Shown here piece after piece: positions 8,101 to 15,772 of a stretch of 64,000 bases of DNA. Numbering within the stretch: position 1 is the stretch's first letter; each line of letters opens with the position of its first letter. The notes under the pieces are model-generated. The model was not told the origin of the DNA. It worked only from the letters and a program-made list of their open reading frames with translations, and made no database searches. Made by a program: the position numbers and the translations under genes. Source of the stretch: an uncultured Clostridium sp. (GTDB taxonomy: Bacteria; Bacillota; Clostridia; TANB77; CAG-508); contig CAMMWP010000004.1 of the NCBI GenBank assembly GCA_946500615.1, positions 4,585-68,584 on the forward strand, written 5' to 3'.

Positions 8101-10486
8101 GTATGAAGTAATGGGAACCATGCCGGCAGAAAATGGTACAGGTGCTTATGCAAATGGAACAGATGTATATTGGGTAGCTAATGCTGCCTTAGTTAGAGGA
8201 ACATATAGTTTTAAAATATTTAGTCATGAAACAGCACACAATCAAGATGGATATTACTTTTATGAAGGAAATGGAAGAAGAAGTGGTACAGATGGAGAAG
8301 ATCATGCTGATGCTAATATTGCCCAAGATTTAGGAGATGGATCAGTAGTATTTAATATAAGGGAAGATTTATCAGTAACAGCAGATGATTCGAATAATCT
8401 AAAATTGAATAGTATAAATGGAAGTGATAAAATTTATCATTATTATAAAGAAATGTTTGAGACATATTATGTGTTAGATTATTTAACAGGACAAGCATTT
8501 TTACAATTAACACCGGAAGAGCAAGCAAAAGTTGCTGTTCAAGTGACCTATCAAGCACAAACAAATTATGAAGATGGTGGTGCAGGAGTTACATATAAGA
8601 GAATAACTGCAGAAGAATTTAAAAATATGAAGCTGAATGATATGGAAGGACTATGGGATAATGGAATTGCGTTAAGAGGAACTGGAACAATACCAGGAAG
8701 TGGCTCATATGGAGGAGATACACATTATAGTATTTATTGGTATCAACCACATAATAATAACGGAAGACCAGATTCTTATACATTTAAGCGTTTAGGATTT
8801 GAAATGCTTGGAATAGGTGGATATTCAGATGGATATGTAACTTACCGTTCAACAAAGAGTAGTAATGACTTAGATGCTTTAAGAAAAATAACGAAAAATG
8901 ATACAATTACTTGGAAACAATATAAAATGAATAGATATGAAACTGTTAAACAAAACTTAAAAAATATTCCATATTTTAATACACAAGATGTTATTGAAGC
9001 ATATAAACAAGCACTTCAACAAGATGCACAAAATGGTAATTTAAATAAAGTAAATGCTTTAAGAAGAACATTATATGGAACTGTAAAAAGAGCAACAAAA
9101 GATTTTTCAACTGGAGGAATTTATGCTAGTGGAACAGAAATAGAAATTTCATCTGCTGAGCAACTTGTTAAGGTGTTAAATTCAGCAGAATGGGGTAACT
9201 ATAAACTAGTAAAAGATATAGATTTTTCAAATATCAATACCGCTGAAAATGCATATATTACCAAAGTATTTGTAGGTAGATTGAATGGAAATGGGCATAA
9301 AATCAAAGGACTTCAAAAAACATTATTTAATCAAATAACTTATGCACAAATCCAAAATGTAGTAATAGAATCTCCTAATTATGATTCACAGGTAACAGCA
9401 ATTATTGCAAATACTGCTAAAAATAGTGTATTAAATGATGTGGTTGTAAACGAAAGTAATATTAGTTTACCTTTTGCAAAGACCATAAGCGGATTGCTAC
9501 AAATTTTAGGAGACACTAAAGTTAATATTCATAATAATGAAATCACTACAATAGAGGATTTATTAAAGATTTCAGATGAAGAAAATCCTTTGAACAAGAA
9601 AAAAGTTTATGAACTTAAAAATGATTTAGATGCAAGTTCTATAACAGGTGTAAATGCTATTATAACAGGAACATTTGAAGGAACGATTAATGGAAATGGG
9701 CATACGATATCTAACTTAAAAGTACCACTGATTTCTACATTAACTGGAAATGTAAATAACTTAAATATAGAAGATGTAGAAATTAGAAAGTCTGGAACCA
9801 ATAATATTGCACCATTAGCTGGAGAAACACGAGGTGCTACAATAAGTGATATAAAGGTTAACAATGTGACCATAGAAGGAAGAGATAATACTTCAGCTCT
9901 TGTTGGTAAAGCAAGTAGCAATACCAATTTTAATAGAGTTTCTGTAACAAATATACATGTAGAAGCATCAAATTATTATGCGGGAGGTATTATTGGACGT
10001 TCTTATGATAGCAAACTAAAAGATATTTTAGTATCAGGAACTTTAGAGGTGACTCATACACATAATGGTGGTGTAATAGGGGCTTTAAATAGAGACACAC
10101 TAGAAAATATATATGCTGATGTTGATGTCACAAGAATACGTGAAGGTGATGCTAGAAACAAAAATGCAGGACTATATGGAGCAATGGAAGCAGGAGCTAT
10201 CAGTATAAAAAATGTTCTTGTTGTAGGAGATATGTCAGAAACATTATATAAAGTAACACCTGCTACAACAGAAGGCGAAATAAATAGTATAGAATCATAT
10301 TTTACAAATGTATATGAGTATGAAGATAGCACAGGTATGAATAATAGTGATGTATCTAATGTTATCAAAAAAACAACTAGTGAAAATTTAAAAGATATGA
10401 ATTTCTATACAAATGTAATGGGATGGAATTCAGAAGTATGGGACTTTTCAAATGTAACATCTGGTGGTAGTCCAATGTTAAAGTAA
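2108..10486 (+). CDS. Giant cell-surface zinc metallopeptidase, M26 (IgA1-protease/ZmpB)-like, with N-terminal cohesin, internal LPXTG, dockerin, tandem Ig-like modules and GLUG-type blocks
   Basis: Uninterrupted 2792-codon ORF with an RBS. It has a signal peptide, a cohesin-like module, LPYTG at aa 205-209 followed by two hydrophobic helices, and two dockerin Ca-binding repeats. Four tandem two-domain modules and three blocks opening with xNGNGHxIxNL follow. HETAH lies at aa 2040-2044 (nt 8225-8239), with a Glu 20 residues after the second His. Confidence 0.85.
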   Translation: MKIKGICILIATFIIVIFHQLPVLAVENFEADLVTDSVEVKKGEEINVTLNFKNYQEINKGINSYQARLEYDTTIFETVDTTDFQMLNAWEEFLYNPENQEFIAIKKAGSKSDEAILTLTLTAKQDITPQETIIKVKDIVASEGKKDIYIDEAQVAIQVIKEQDTQKPGNIEGDKPNSGDNNPNGESGNIKDETSNNGGIATDKLPYTGSSILTSWLLIVIEILVIIAIITYIKMKKIDKKINKKGKILFTILATGIITAQLVGTIYAVTQKGELNDDGAINYKDVSLLEQHLIALNTLPEEKQPNADMNADRKLTVTDLTLLVQKIENTLDYEVDITSNMDNYYPQKNEEIELKFSAFVSYDAKIEEVTINGQMYPVENEPNTTNYVVKVKAQASSGIQEFKFTKAKLNVGKEVQIDYIEKIDVLKEKPSIQNYQVTEIIEEAKLKVSFDIKDMDNSLTSAKIQLFEENKDTPIKEEIAKIGNNEFVLDLEENKTYILNIYISYNLDTDQLTEHEQDNTGISLETKELKLNIDYKFELSNIKLYNEEGQEVDQYSKNEPIIVGFTSTNATKFLPEYVVINGKKYEVTSTENNTYKVKIDGIDQTGEYELKVEEVILENGKTFTIENNHTINVKIQKEKPEVQNVKIEEQESGIKVVFDIKDTDNTILTKKVVIKNANGDKIFEKEIQNNTFNEICQIPNDLTTKYIIEVIADYDITTDNSALQTNQVLYSQEITAKERAVIGNVTLSKVQLEKNENVTINYEITTNKTSNIEKLTVNNIEAIVTKGTNGIYSVTIPVGDIAGIQEVKLSKIIFDDGTQISTSNLQEIEVLKSVPTVENYQAEDDYDNTKVNFDFELKDEDNSFISGYVQLVTLDNQVKEKQEITSTGTQHFSLPVQEKEEYTFQVVVTYARNEDKAQMITDKVLLEKPIQMIVDYELKITNIQTKNQNSETKYFDRDENIQVVFTSTNATKFIPEKVQINGKQYGLTNLGNNQYKTVVNAIQNVGLVELKIEKVWMNNTKELEVEENNITKVEILKIVPTVKYFEYDETQEGKVTAKFEIVDNENAMTNAKVVVTDITGKIYEKNDLKKGQNEITFNLTSSEEYTVKIFADYDLDGNYIETGANEYQNIEIGKEELQILVELIELKDIISVQLYNKTADTVEEVTQLNVNNFDESQYIAKVTMKELPVFYAEIEQGIVEEGEFKLVLKYDNVVQYDEDTKSNKIKVTFGEVRDNTVNNLKFEDIIEIIQKNPTAEINLTNDLDAANISVSTATYFQNFKGIINGNGHTVKNLAKPLFNELENAEISGLILENAKVSGNSGILANYATETHINNVHIKHSTMQAGHVNGTGGLIGKAENKTIIEYCSANNIKVSGSKRVGGMVGFLSSNSEINNCYIQGTVVSTSDAVGGIVGQSTGAIKIQNTYSNIEMQNTESYANAGIIGYAGGDTVTLINNISLADGNKGTRVIGTTTRYTNSSKNNYEIEESVLASNNNNDKVKVISKDDIDEAFFKETLNWDNETWRLENVNADKLPTLKNSDPCDELNKKEIVTPENVNAYIPDIARLRKMSNYDTKKEIAYHNMNLLIPFYDARLYVEYGNRIDENNILNRQKIKMIIPYDSSDKMIVGINTENYNKIAKIRLIFEDEQTQDYTVEFKKKLEDVAAYTINELNIGYTYNQFILNTNINTVNEIISQAKTLDYKTQIQTVTPEDESRIYVDYYNKYAKNELEQAIMYIISNEPEYNLYLDNEILKQKVKQDMTENSRLEKIVYTYNYFDKWYNMEIGGISLTDVIFFNVHNVNKDKTIIDLVNATISQGENARKTNNSVGFFNNVIKSELENKNIGQFIEYFVKVLAGYDNANDWFTDNFKGMIKEVGIEGKEVKYRAWELMKVRNHLILPIMSMPDQETLYIVSVPTQILIGSLNRYNDYVTGNMQLMQQAIDKYAEYIGNFYGISSNFIKNADNILNAHVHIQYDTRFGFASSGSQYAGTTEDPVIKWVYEVMGTMPAENGTGAYANGTDVYWVANAALVRGTYSFKIFSHETAHNQDGYYFYEGNGRRSGTDGEDHADANIAQDLGDGSVVFNIREDLSVTADDSNNLKLNSINGSDKIYHYYKEMFETYYVLDYLTGQAFLQLTPEEQAKVAVQVTYQAQTNYEDGGAGVTYKRITAEEFKNMKLNDMEGLWDNGIALRGTGTIPGSGSYGGDTHYSIYWYQPHNNNGRPDSYTFKRLGFEMLGIGGYSDGYVTYRSTKSSNDLDALRKITKNDTITWKQYKMNRYETVKQNLKNIPYFNTQDVIEAYKQALQQDAQNGNLNKVNALRRTLYGTVKRATKDFSTGGIYASGTEIEISSAEQLVKVLNSAEWGNYKLVKDIDFSNINTAENAYITKVFVGRLNGNGHKIKGLQKTLFNQITYAQIQNVVIESPNYDSQVTAIIANTAKNSVLNDVVVNESNISLPFAKTISGLLQILGDTKVNIHNNEITTIEDLLKISDEENPLNKKKVYELKNDLDASSITGVNAIITGTFEGTINGNGHTISNLKVPLISTLTGNVNNLNIEDVEIRKSGTNNIAPLAGETRGATISDIKVNNVTIEGRDNTSALVGKASSNTNFNRVSVTNIHVEASNYYAGGIIGRSYDSKLKDILVSGTLEVTHTHNGGVIGALNRDTLENIYADVDVTRIREGDARNKNAGLYGAMEAGAISIKNVLVVGDMSETLYKVTPATTEGEINSIESYFTNVYEYEDSTGMNNSDVSNVIKKTTSENLKDMNFYTNVMGWNSEVWDFSNVTSGGSPMLK

Positions 10487-10614
10487 TGTATAAAGTAAAA
10501 ACAACTAATAAAAGAGAATAAATATAATTTAGAGATGTCTCAAAAAAATATTAAAATCGAGATTCAACACATTTTTACATTTTTCATACTATATAATATA
10601 GGAGGAATGTAGAA

Positions 10615-11157
10615 ATGTGTTGTTGTCATGATGTTTGTAGAACAATAAAAGTATTATCAACAATCAATGTTATCATTTTCATAAGCATCCTAATTTTATT
10701 GATTGTTGTATTTATCAATAATGGAAATATGAATAATAAAGATATTTTAGTAACTGTAGCAAGGTCGGGAGATAATACACAAGTAGGAGATGCAATTATT
10801 AATTTTGGAGAAAATCAAATTGTAGAAGGAACAGCATTAAGCCATGAAGCAGGAACTAGTCAAATTCAAATAAATGAAAATGGAATTTATCAAATCTCTT
10901 ATCAATTAGAGGGAATTGACCAAGGGGCTTCAACAAGATTTAATTTTAATGCAATTCTTTTAGTGAATAATGTGCCTTTAACAGATACTCTAAATGAGGG
11001 AGCAGTTCTTAGTGAAGATATTGTAAATAATCGTTATACTCTCACAAGTACAGTGATATTGAGATTAAATGCAGGAGATGTATTGCAACTTGGTGCTTTA
11101 TCATTTGAAAATGTAACATACCCAAATGCACGTATGGATATTGAAAAGATTGGATAA
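10615..11157 (+). CDS. Membrane-anchored protein with a C1q/BclA-C-terminal-like domain (tentative)
   Basis: RBS AGGAGG. The N-terminus is MCCCHDVC, followed by one TM helix. A ~130-aa domain follows with GIYQISYQL, LLVNNVPL and LNAGDVLQL patterns, reminiscent of BclA-C/C1q-TNF jelly rolls. Confidence 0.55.
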   Translation: MCCCHDVCRTIKVLSTINVIIFISILILLIVVFINNGNMNNKDILVTVARSGDNTQVGDAIINFGENQIVEGTALSHEAGTSQIQINENGIYQISYQLEGIDQGASTRFNFNAILLVNNVPLTDTLNEGAVLSEDIVNNRYTLTSTVILRLNAGDVLQLGALSFENVTYPNARMDIEKIG

Positions 11158-11166
11158 ATAAAAATG

Positions 11167-11203
11167 CCGTTTAGTAAGAGATAGCACTAAATGGTATTTT
11201 TTT
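11167..11203 (+). terminator. Rho-independent terminator
   Basis: CCGTTTAGT-N10-ACTAAATGG hairpin followed by TATTTTTTT, directly after the stop at 11157. Confidence 0.65.
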
Positions 11204-11204
11204 A

Positions 11205-11420
11205 TACAATAGGAAACAATATGAAACTTTGAATTTTGCAACTCAAAGTGAAAACAAATGAGTTTTATTTTCAAAGAAAGTCATGCTTTCCTATTGTATT
11301 AAAAACGCTTTGCACAACAGATGCACACAATTTTACTTACATAAAATTGGTGCAGAACAAATTTACGGAAAGCCAAAGAGAAAAATTAAAGATTGTACAA
11401 ATATTAAGGCTTTCCGATTT
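11205..11420 (+). repeat. Family-B intergenic repeat (ATAGGAAA hairpin family) carrying a ~70-bp insert in its hairpin loop
   Basis: TACAATAGGAAAC ... TTTCCTATTGTA arms flank a ~70-bp insert. The shared tail follows (AAACGCTTTGCAC..CACACAATTTTACTTACATAAAATTGG..) and then a CGGAAAGCC/GGCTTTCCG hairpin. It is related to the copies at 25031, 26042, 56738 and 60271. Confidence 0.75.
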
Positions 11421-11531
11421 GTTTAGTAGTTTAAGATGTTACCATTCAGAAATTTAGGTGATATTTTATTAAATTATAGACAAAAGTGTTTTTTTTATAG
11501 TATTATAATAATATAAATTGATAGGGTTTAG

Positions 11532-11865
11532 GAGAAATTAGATATAGAACCAATAGGAAGTGAATTTAGGAAAAACGTTTGGAAAATACTTTGTAATATT
11601 CTTTATGGAGAAGTGATTACTTATAAAAATATCGCAAAAGAAATTGCAAAACAAAAAGGAATAGATAAAATGTCAGCACAAGCAGTAGGCGGAGCAGTAG
11701 GCATAATCCAATTTCTATCATTATTCTATGCCATAGAGTAGTGGAAGTAATGGAAGTTTAACTGGATATGCAGGAGGAATAGAAAAAAAGATATATTTGC
11801 TCAAGCATGAAAATGTCAACATGGAAAATCTATTTGTGCCAAAGAAAGGAACAGCATTATCATGA
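11532..11865 (+). pseudogene. ogt: Decayed methylated-DNA-protein-cysteine methyltransferase (Ogt/MGMT C-terminal domain)
   Basis: It reads FRKNVWKILCNILYGEVITYKNIAKEIAKQKGIDKMSAQAVGGAVG. It then needs two frame changes (~11702 and ~11743) to continue HNPISIIILCHRVV..SNGSLTGYAGGIEKKIYLLKHE. There is no usable start codon, and the PCHR Pro is replaced (LCHR). Confidence 0.75.
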
Positions 11866-12170
11866 ATAAAGTATTAAAAGAAGAATTGATATATTTAATT
11901 CTTTCAATTGTGGGAGAGATACCAGAGGGAAATGTAGCAACCTATGGGCAAATTGCTTCTTTAGCGGGAAAACCGAAAAATTCTCGTTTAGTTGGAAAAA
12001 TATTAAGCATGTCTGAATTTTATGGGAAATATCCATGTCATAGAGTGGTAAACCATAATGGAAGAATAGCACCATGTTTTGCAGAACAAAAAATGTTATT
12101 AGAAAATGAGGGTGTAACGTTTAAAGATGAAACACATGTTAATATAAAAAAGCATAAGTGGGATATGTAA
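11862..12170 (+). CDS. MGMT-family DNA-binding/alkyltransferase protein
   Basis: 102 aa with IPEGNVATYGQIA and YPCHRVV (PCHR active-site motif). The ATG overlaps the stop of the upstream ogt relic (ATGA). Confidence 0.75.
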   Translation: MNKVLKEELIYLILSIVGEIPEGNVATYGQIASLAGKPKNSRLVGKILSMSEFYGKYPCHRVVNHNGRIAPCFAEQKMLLENEGVTFKDETHVNIKKHKWDM

Positions 12171-12216
12171 AATAAAAATTTATACATAAGATAGAAATCA
12201 TTGAAAGGAATAGAAT

Positions 12217-12414
12217 ATGGATAAATTAGAGAGATTTGAAAGAGCACTTTCTGATATTATGAAGGAATATGAAAACTTAGGAAAAGAATTGGAAAAGTTA
12301 AGAAATGAAGGAAAAACGAAAACAACAAAATTCAGAGAGTTATTAGGAAAAAAATTAGTATATAGAATGATTATTGTGATTTTTAAACGTTATGATTTAA
12401 TTGATGAATCATAG
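12217..12414 (+). CDS. Small coiled-coil hypothetical protein upstream of the ABC-F gene
   Basis: 65-aa ORF with RBS GAAAGGA. I recognise no family. Confidence 0.4.
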   Translation: MDKLERFERALSDIMKEYENLGKELEKLRNEGKTKTTKFRELLGKKLVYRMIIVIFKRYDLIDES

Positions 12415-12456
12415 CATATAATAAAAAATTGATAAAAGGATGAAATAGGAGAAAAC

Positions 12457-13947
12457 ATGTCTTTAATTAATATAAAAAATGTAACATTTGGTTATGAAGG
12501 AAGTATAAAATATATATTTGAAAATGTATCATTTAGTATAGATACAGACTGGAAACTAGGATTAATTGGCAGAAATGGAAAAGGGAAAACCACTTTTCTA
12601 AACTTATTATTAGGTAAATATAACTATACAGGAACTATTTCCAAAAATGTGGAATTTGACTATTTCCCATTTGAAGTAAAAGATAAAGAAAAAATGGCAA
12701 TAGAAATTGTACAAGAAATAGTACCAAATGTAGAGGATTGGGAAATCATCAAAGAATTAAGTTTACTAAATAGTGATGCAGAAATTCTTTATAGAAATTT
12801 CAGTGTATTGAGTGGTGGAGAACAAGTAAAAATTCTTTTAATTAGTCTATTTTTAAAAGAGAATCATTTTTTGCTAATAGATGAACCTACTAATCATTTA
12901 GATATAGAAACAAGAAATCATCTGGTAAATTATTTAAATAAGAAAAAAGGATTTATTTTGGTATCTCATGATAGGGACTTTTTAGATAAAGTTGTTAATC
13001 ATATTATATCTATCAATCATACCAATATTGAAATACAAAAGGGGAATTATTCTACTTGGAAAGAAAATAAAGATAGACAAGATGCATTTGAAATGATGCA
13101 AAATAACAAATTACAAAAAGATATCAACAGATTGGAAGTAGCATCTAAAAATACTGCTAAGTGGTCAAATGAAGTAGAAAAATCAAAATATAAAACAATT
13201 CACACAGAATCTGCAATTGATAGAGGCTATGTAGGACATAAATCTGCTAAAATGATGAAAACCTCAAAGGTTATGGAACAAAGAATCAACAAAGCAATAG
13301 AAGAAAAAACAAATTTATTAAAAAATGTTGATAGAATGGACAGCTTAAAAATTGTACCTATTGAAAGTAGGAAAAATCAATTAATGGTATTCCATAATTT
13401 ACAAATACAATTTAATCATGAACCTATATTTTCCCCTGTAACATTTGAAGTAAAAAATGGAGATAGAATTGCCATTACTGGTAAAAATGGTGTAGGAAAG
13501 TCAAGTATTATAAAATTGATGATTGGTAACGATATATCATATACAGGTGAGTTTAAAATAGCAAATGATTTGAAAATTTCATATGTGTCACAAAGTACAG
13601 AAGATTTGAAGGGCGATTTAAAGACATTTGCTAAGGATTCTAAAATAGATGAAACTGTTTTCAAAGCCATGCTATCCAAAATGGGATTTTCTAAACTGGA
13701 TTTTGATACAGATATTGCAGGAATGAGTGAGGGGCAAAAAAAGAAGGTGTTAATTGCTAAAAGTATTTCAGAATCTGCTAATGTCTATATTTGGGATGAA
13801 CCTTTAAATTATATTGATATTTTGACAAGGGTTCAAATAGAAGAGGCAATTTTAACATATAAGCCAACATTGGTTTTTGTGGAACATGATGAGACGTTTA
13901 TTAAAAATGTAGCTAATAAAGTTGTATATGTGGATAGTGAATTGTAA
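12457..13947 (+). CDS. ABC-F ribosomal protection protein, Lsa-like (lincosamide/streptogramin A/pleuromutilin resistance type)
   Basis: 496 aa with two ABC cassettes and no TM domain (GRNGKGKTT, LSGGE, LLIDEPTNHLD; GKNGVGKSS, MSEGQKKK, IWDEPLNYID). A charged interdomain linker joins them. Length and collinear motifs match Lsa(A) as I recall it. Confidence 0.8.
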   Translation: MSLINIKNVTFGYEGSIKYIFENVSFSIDTDWKLGLIGRNGKGKTTFLNLLLGKYNYTGTISKNVEFDYFPFEVKDKEKMAIEIVQEIVPNVEDWEIIKELSLLNSDAEILYRNFSVLSGGEQVKILLISLFLKENHFLLIDEPTNHLDIETRNHLVNYLNKKKGFILVSHDRDFLDKVVNHIISINHTNIEIQKGNYSTWKENKDRQDAFEMMQNNKLQKDINRLEVASKNTAKWSNEVEKSKYKTIHTESAIDRGYVGHKSAKMMKTSKVMEQRINKAIEEKTNLLKNVDRMDSLKIVPIESRKNQLMVFHNLQIQFNHEPIFSPVTFEVKNGDRIAITGKNGVGKSSIIKLMIGNDISYTGEFKIANDLKISYVSQSTEDLKGDLKTFAKDSKIDETVFKAMLSKMGFSKLDFDTDIAGMSEGQKKKVLIAKSISESANVYIWDEPLNYIDILTRVQIEEAILTYKPTLVFVEHDETFIKNVANKVVYVDSEL

Positions 13948-14059
13948 TAAAATTAGTAGATAATATTGTAAAAAAACCTTGTTTTTTCCTTTTTTTCATG
14001 ATATAATAATACTCGTGAGATAAATATAAGCCAATTAAAAAGCAAAGTATATATATTAA

Positions 14060-14275
14060 AATATTTATAAGAGAAAATGGTCATAGGCTGGGAACCATTA
14101 AATATCATATATAGAAAATTCACTTTTTAGGTCCTTTTTTGAAATGTCAAGAGTAGAAAAGGGCGGTTGCACCGTTAAAACTATAAAGAGGTTAGTATAA
14201 ATCATACTAATAAATTTAGGTGGTACCACGAATGATGACCATTTCGTCCTAAAACAGGAGGAAATGGTCTTTTGT
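14060..14275 (+). promoter_or_regulatory. T-box leader (Phe specifier UUC) with terminator/antiterminator
   Basis: Stem I element GGTCATAGGCTGGGAACC. The specifier context is GAAAA-TTC-ACTTTTTAG (TTC at 14119-14121). The T-box sequence AATTTAGGTGGTACCACG lies at 14213-14230. Terminator GACCATTTC..GAAATGGTC plus TTTT lies at 14238-14273. An extended -10 (TGATATAAT) sits at 13999-14007. Confidence 0.85.
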
Positions 14276-14317
14276 AATACAATAATAAGATTAAATTTTA
14301 AATAAAATTTATAAAGG

Positions 14318-14659
14318 ATGTTGATAAGTATGAAAAGAGAAGGAAAATGTCTTGAATATTATTTTGATTCAAAAACATTTACCAAAGACGAATTAATAAA
14401 AAATATAGAAGATGCAAAATCAGAATTTCCAAATAAAAAAGTAGAAACAGACTTATACTTAAATGAATGGGGTGTATATATTCTAAAAATCAATTTCAAA
14501 GATAAAATAGAATATGTCAGTCATCTAAAAGAAAAGCGAAAAAACAAAAAAGTATTACTTCTCACAGAAAAAAATAAAAAAATTAGTGAAAAAAGAACTT
14601 CTATATTAAATAAAAAATATGGTCAATATAAAGAAACAAAAGAATATCGACCAATATAA
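14318..14659 (+). CDS. Hypothetical Lys-rich protein between the T-box leader and pheS
   Basis: 113-aa ORF. An alternative ATG at 14330 has better spacing from AAAGGA. I recognise no family. Confidence 0.45.
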   Translation: MLISMKREGKCLEYYFDSKTFTKDELIKNIEDAKSEFPNKKVETDLYLNEWGVYILKINFKDKIEYVSHLKEKRKNKKVLLLTEKNKKISEKRTSILNKKYGQYKETKEYRPI

Positions 14660-14677
14660 AGAAAGGATGAGCAAATA

Positions 14678-15697
14678 ATGAAAGAGAAAATTGCAAAAAT
14701 AAAAGAGAATTCTATTAAAGAAATTTCAAACACTAAAGATTTAAAAGAGCTAAATGAATTAAGAGTAAAATATTTAGGAAAAAAAGGAGAATTGACACTT
14801 ATCTTAAGAGGGATGGGAGGATTATCTCCAGAAGAAAGACCAATGATTGGAAGCTTAGTAAATGAAGTAAGAGAAGAGATAGAAAATTTAATTCAAAGTA
14901 AGGAAAAGGAATTTAATGCACAAGAACTTTTGAGACGATTGGAAAATGAAAATATAGATGTTACTGAACCAAGTAAAAAAGTTAATTTAGGGTCATTACA
15001 TCCGATTACTAGAATTATAGAAGAGGTTGAAGAAATTTTCTTAGGAATGGGATATGAAATAGCAGATGGACCAGAAGTAGAAAAGGCAATATATAATTTT
15101 GATAAATTAAATACACCACCAGATCATCCAGCAAGAGATGTGCAAGATACGTTTTATATTACGGATGACATAGTATTAAGAAGTCAAACATCACCTGTAC
15201 AAGCAAGAGTAATGGAAAACAAAAAGCCACCAATAAAAATTATTTGTCCGGGAGCAGTATATCGATCAGATAGTGTAGATGCAACACATTCGCCTGTGTT
15301 CCACCAAGTAGAAGGATTAGTGGTTGACAAAAATATATCTATGGCAGATTTAAAAGGAACACTAGAAATGTTTGCTAAAAAATGCTTAGGAGAAAACACC
15401 AAAATACGTTTTAGACCACATCACTTTCCATTTACAGAACCATCCGCAGAAGCAGATGTATCATGCTTTGTATGTGGTGGTAAAGGATGCAAAGTATGTA
15501 AAGGAGAAGGCTGGATAGAATTATTAGGATGTGGGGAAGTTCATCCAAATGTCTTAAGAAATTGTGGTATAGACCCAGATGTTTATTCAGGATTTGCTTT
15601 TGGATTTGGTGTAGAAAGAATTGCTATGGCAAAATATGGAATTGAAGATATGAGATTATTATTTGAAAACGATATTCGTTTTTTAAAACAATTTTAA
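14678..15697 (+). CDS. pheS: Phenylalanine--tRNA ligase alpha subunit
   Basis: 339 aa with [25 protein letters not shown] and [13 protein letters not shown] motifs. Confidence 0.97.
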   Translation: MKEKIAKIKENSIKEISNTKDLKELNELRVKYLGKKGELTLILRGMGGLSPEERPMIGSLVNEVREEIENLIQSKEKEFNAQELLRRLENENIDVTEPSKKVNLGSLHPITRIIEEVEEIFLGMGYEIADGPEVEKAIYNFDKLNTPPDHPARDVQDTFYITDDIVLRSQTSPVQARVMENKKPPIKIICPGAVYRSDSVDATHSPVFHQVEGLVVDKNISMADLKGTLEMFAKKCLGENTKIRFRPHHFPFTEPSAEADVSCFVCGGKGCKVCKGEGWIELLGCGEVHPNVLRNCGIDPDVYSGFAFGFGVERIAMAKYGIEDMRLLFENDIRFLKQF

Positions 15698-15772
15698 ATA
15701 GAACGATAAGGGTGTGCCAATCGTTTAGATATAAAAATTGATTAAAAATTTAATTAATTAAGGAGTGTTGAA

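Noticed and set aside
2578-10368. Ten antisense ORFs (60-133 aa) inside the giant peptidase gene (for example 2578..2787, 4948..5349, 9607..9927, 10054..10368).
   Set aside because: They lie fully within a strongly supported + strand gene, have no RBS, and have Ser/Phe/Ile-rich compositions typical of the reverse frame of AT-rich coding DNA. The same reasoning applies to antisense ORFs inside pheS, pheT, ffh, trmD, fabF, the GT genes, the aldehyde dehydrogenase, fucO and others.
11236-11457. A 73-aa ORF in the 11.2-11.5 kb spacer.
   Set aside because: It lies entirely within a family-B repeat copy and its hairpins, starts with a non-ATG codon, and has no RBS.
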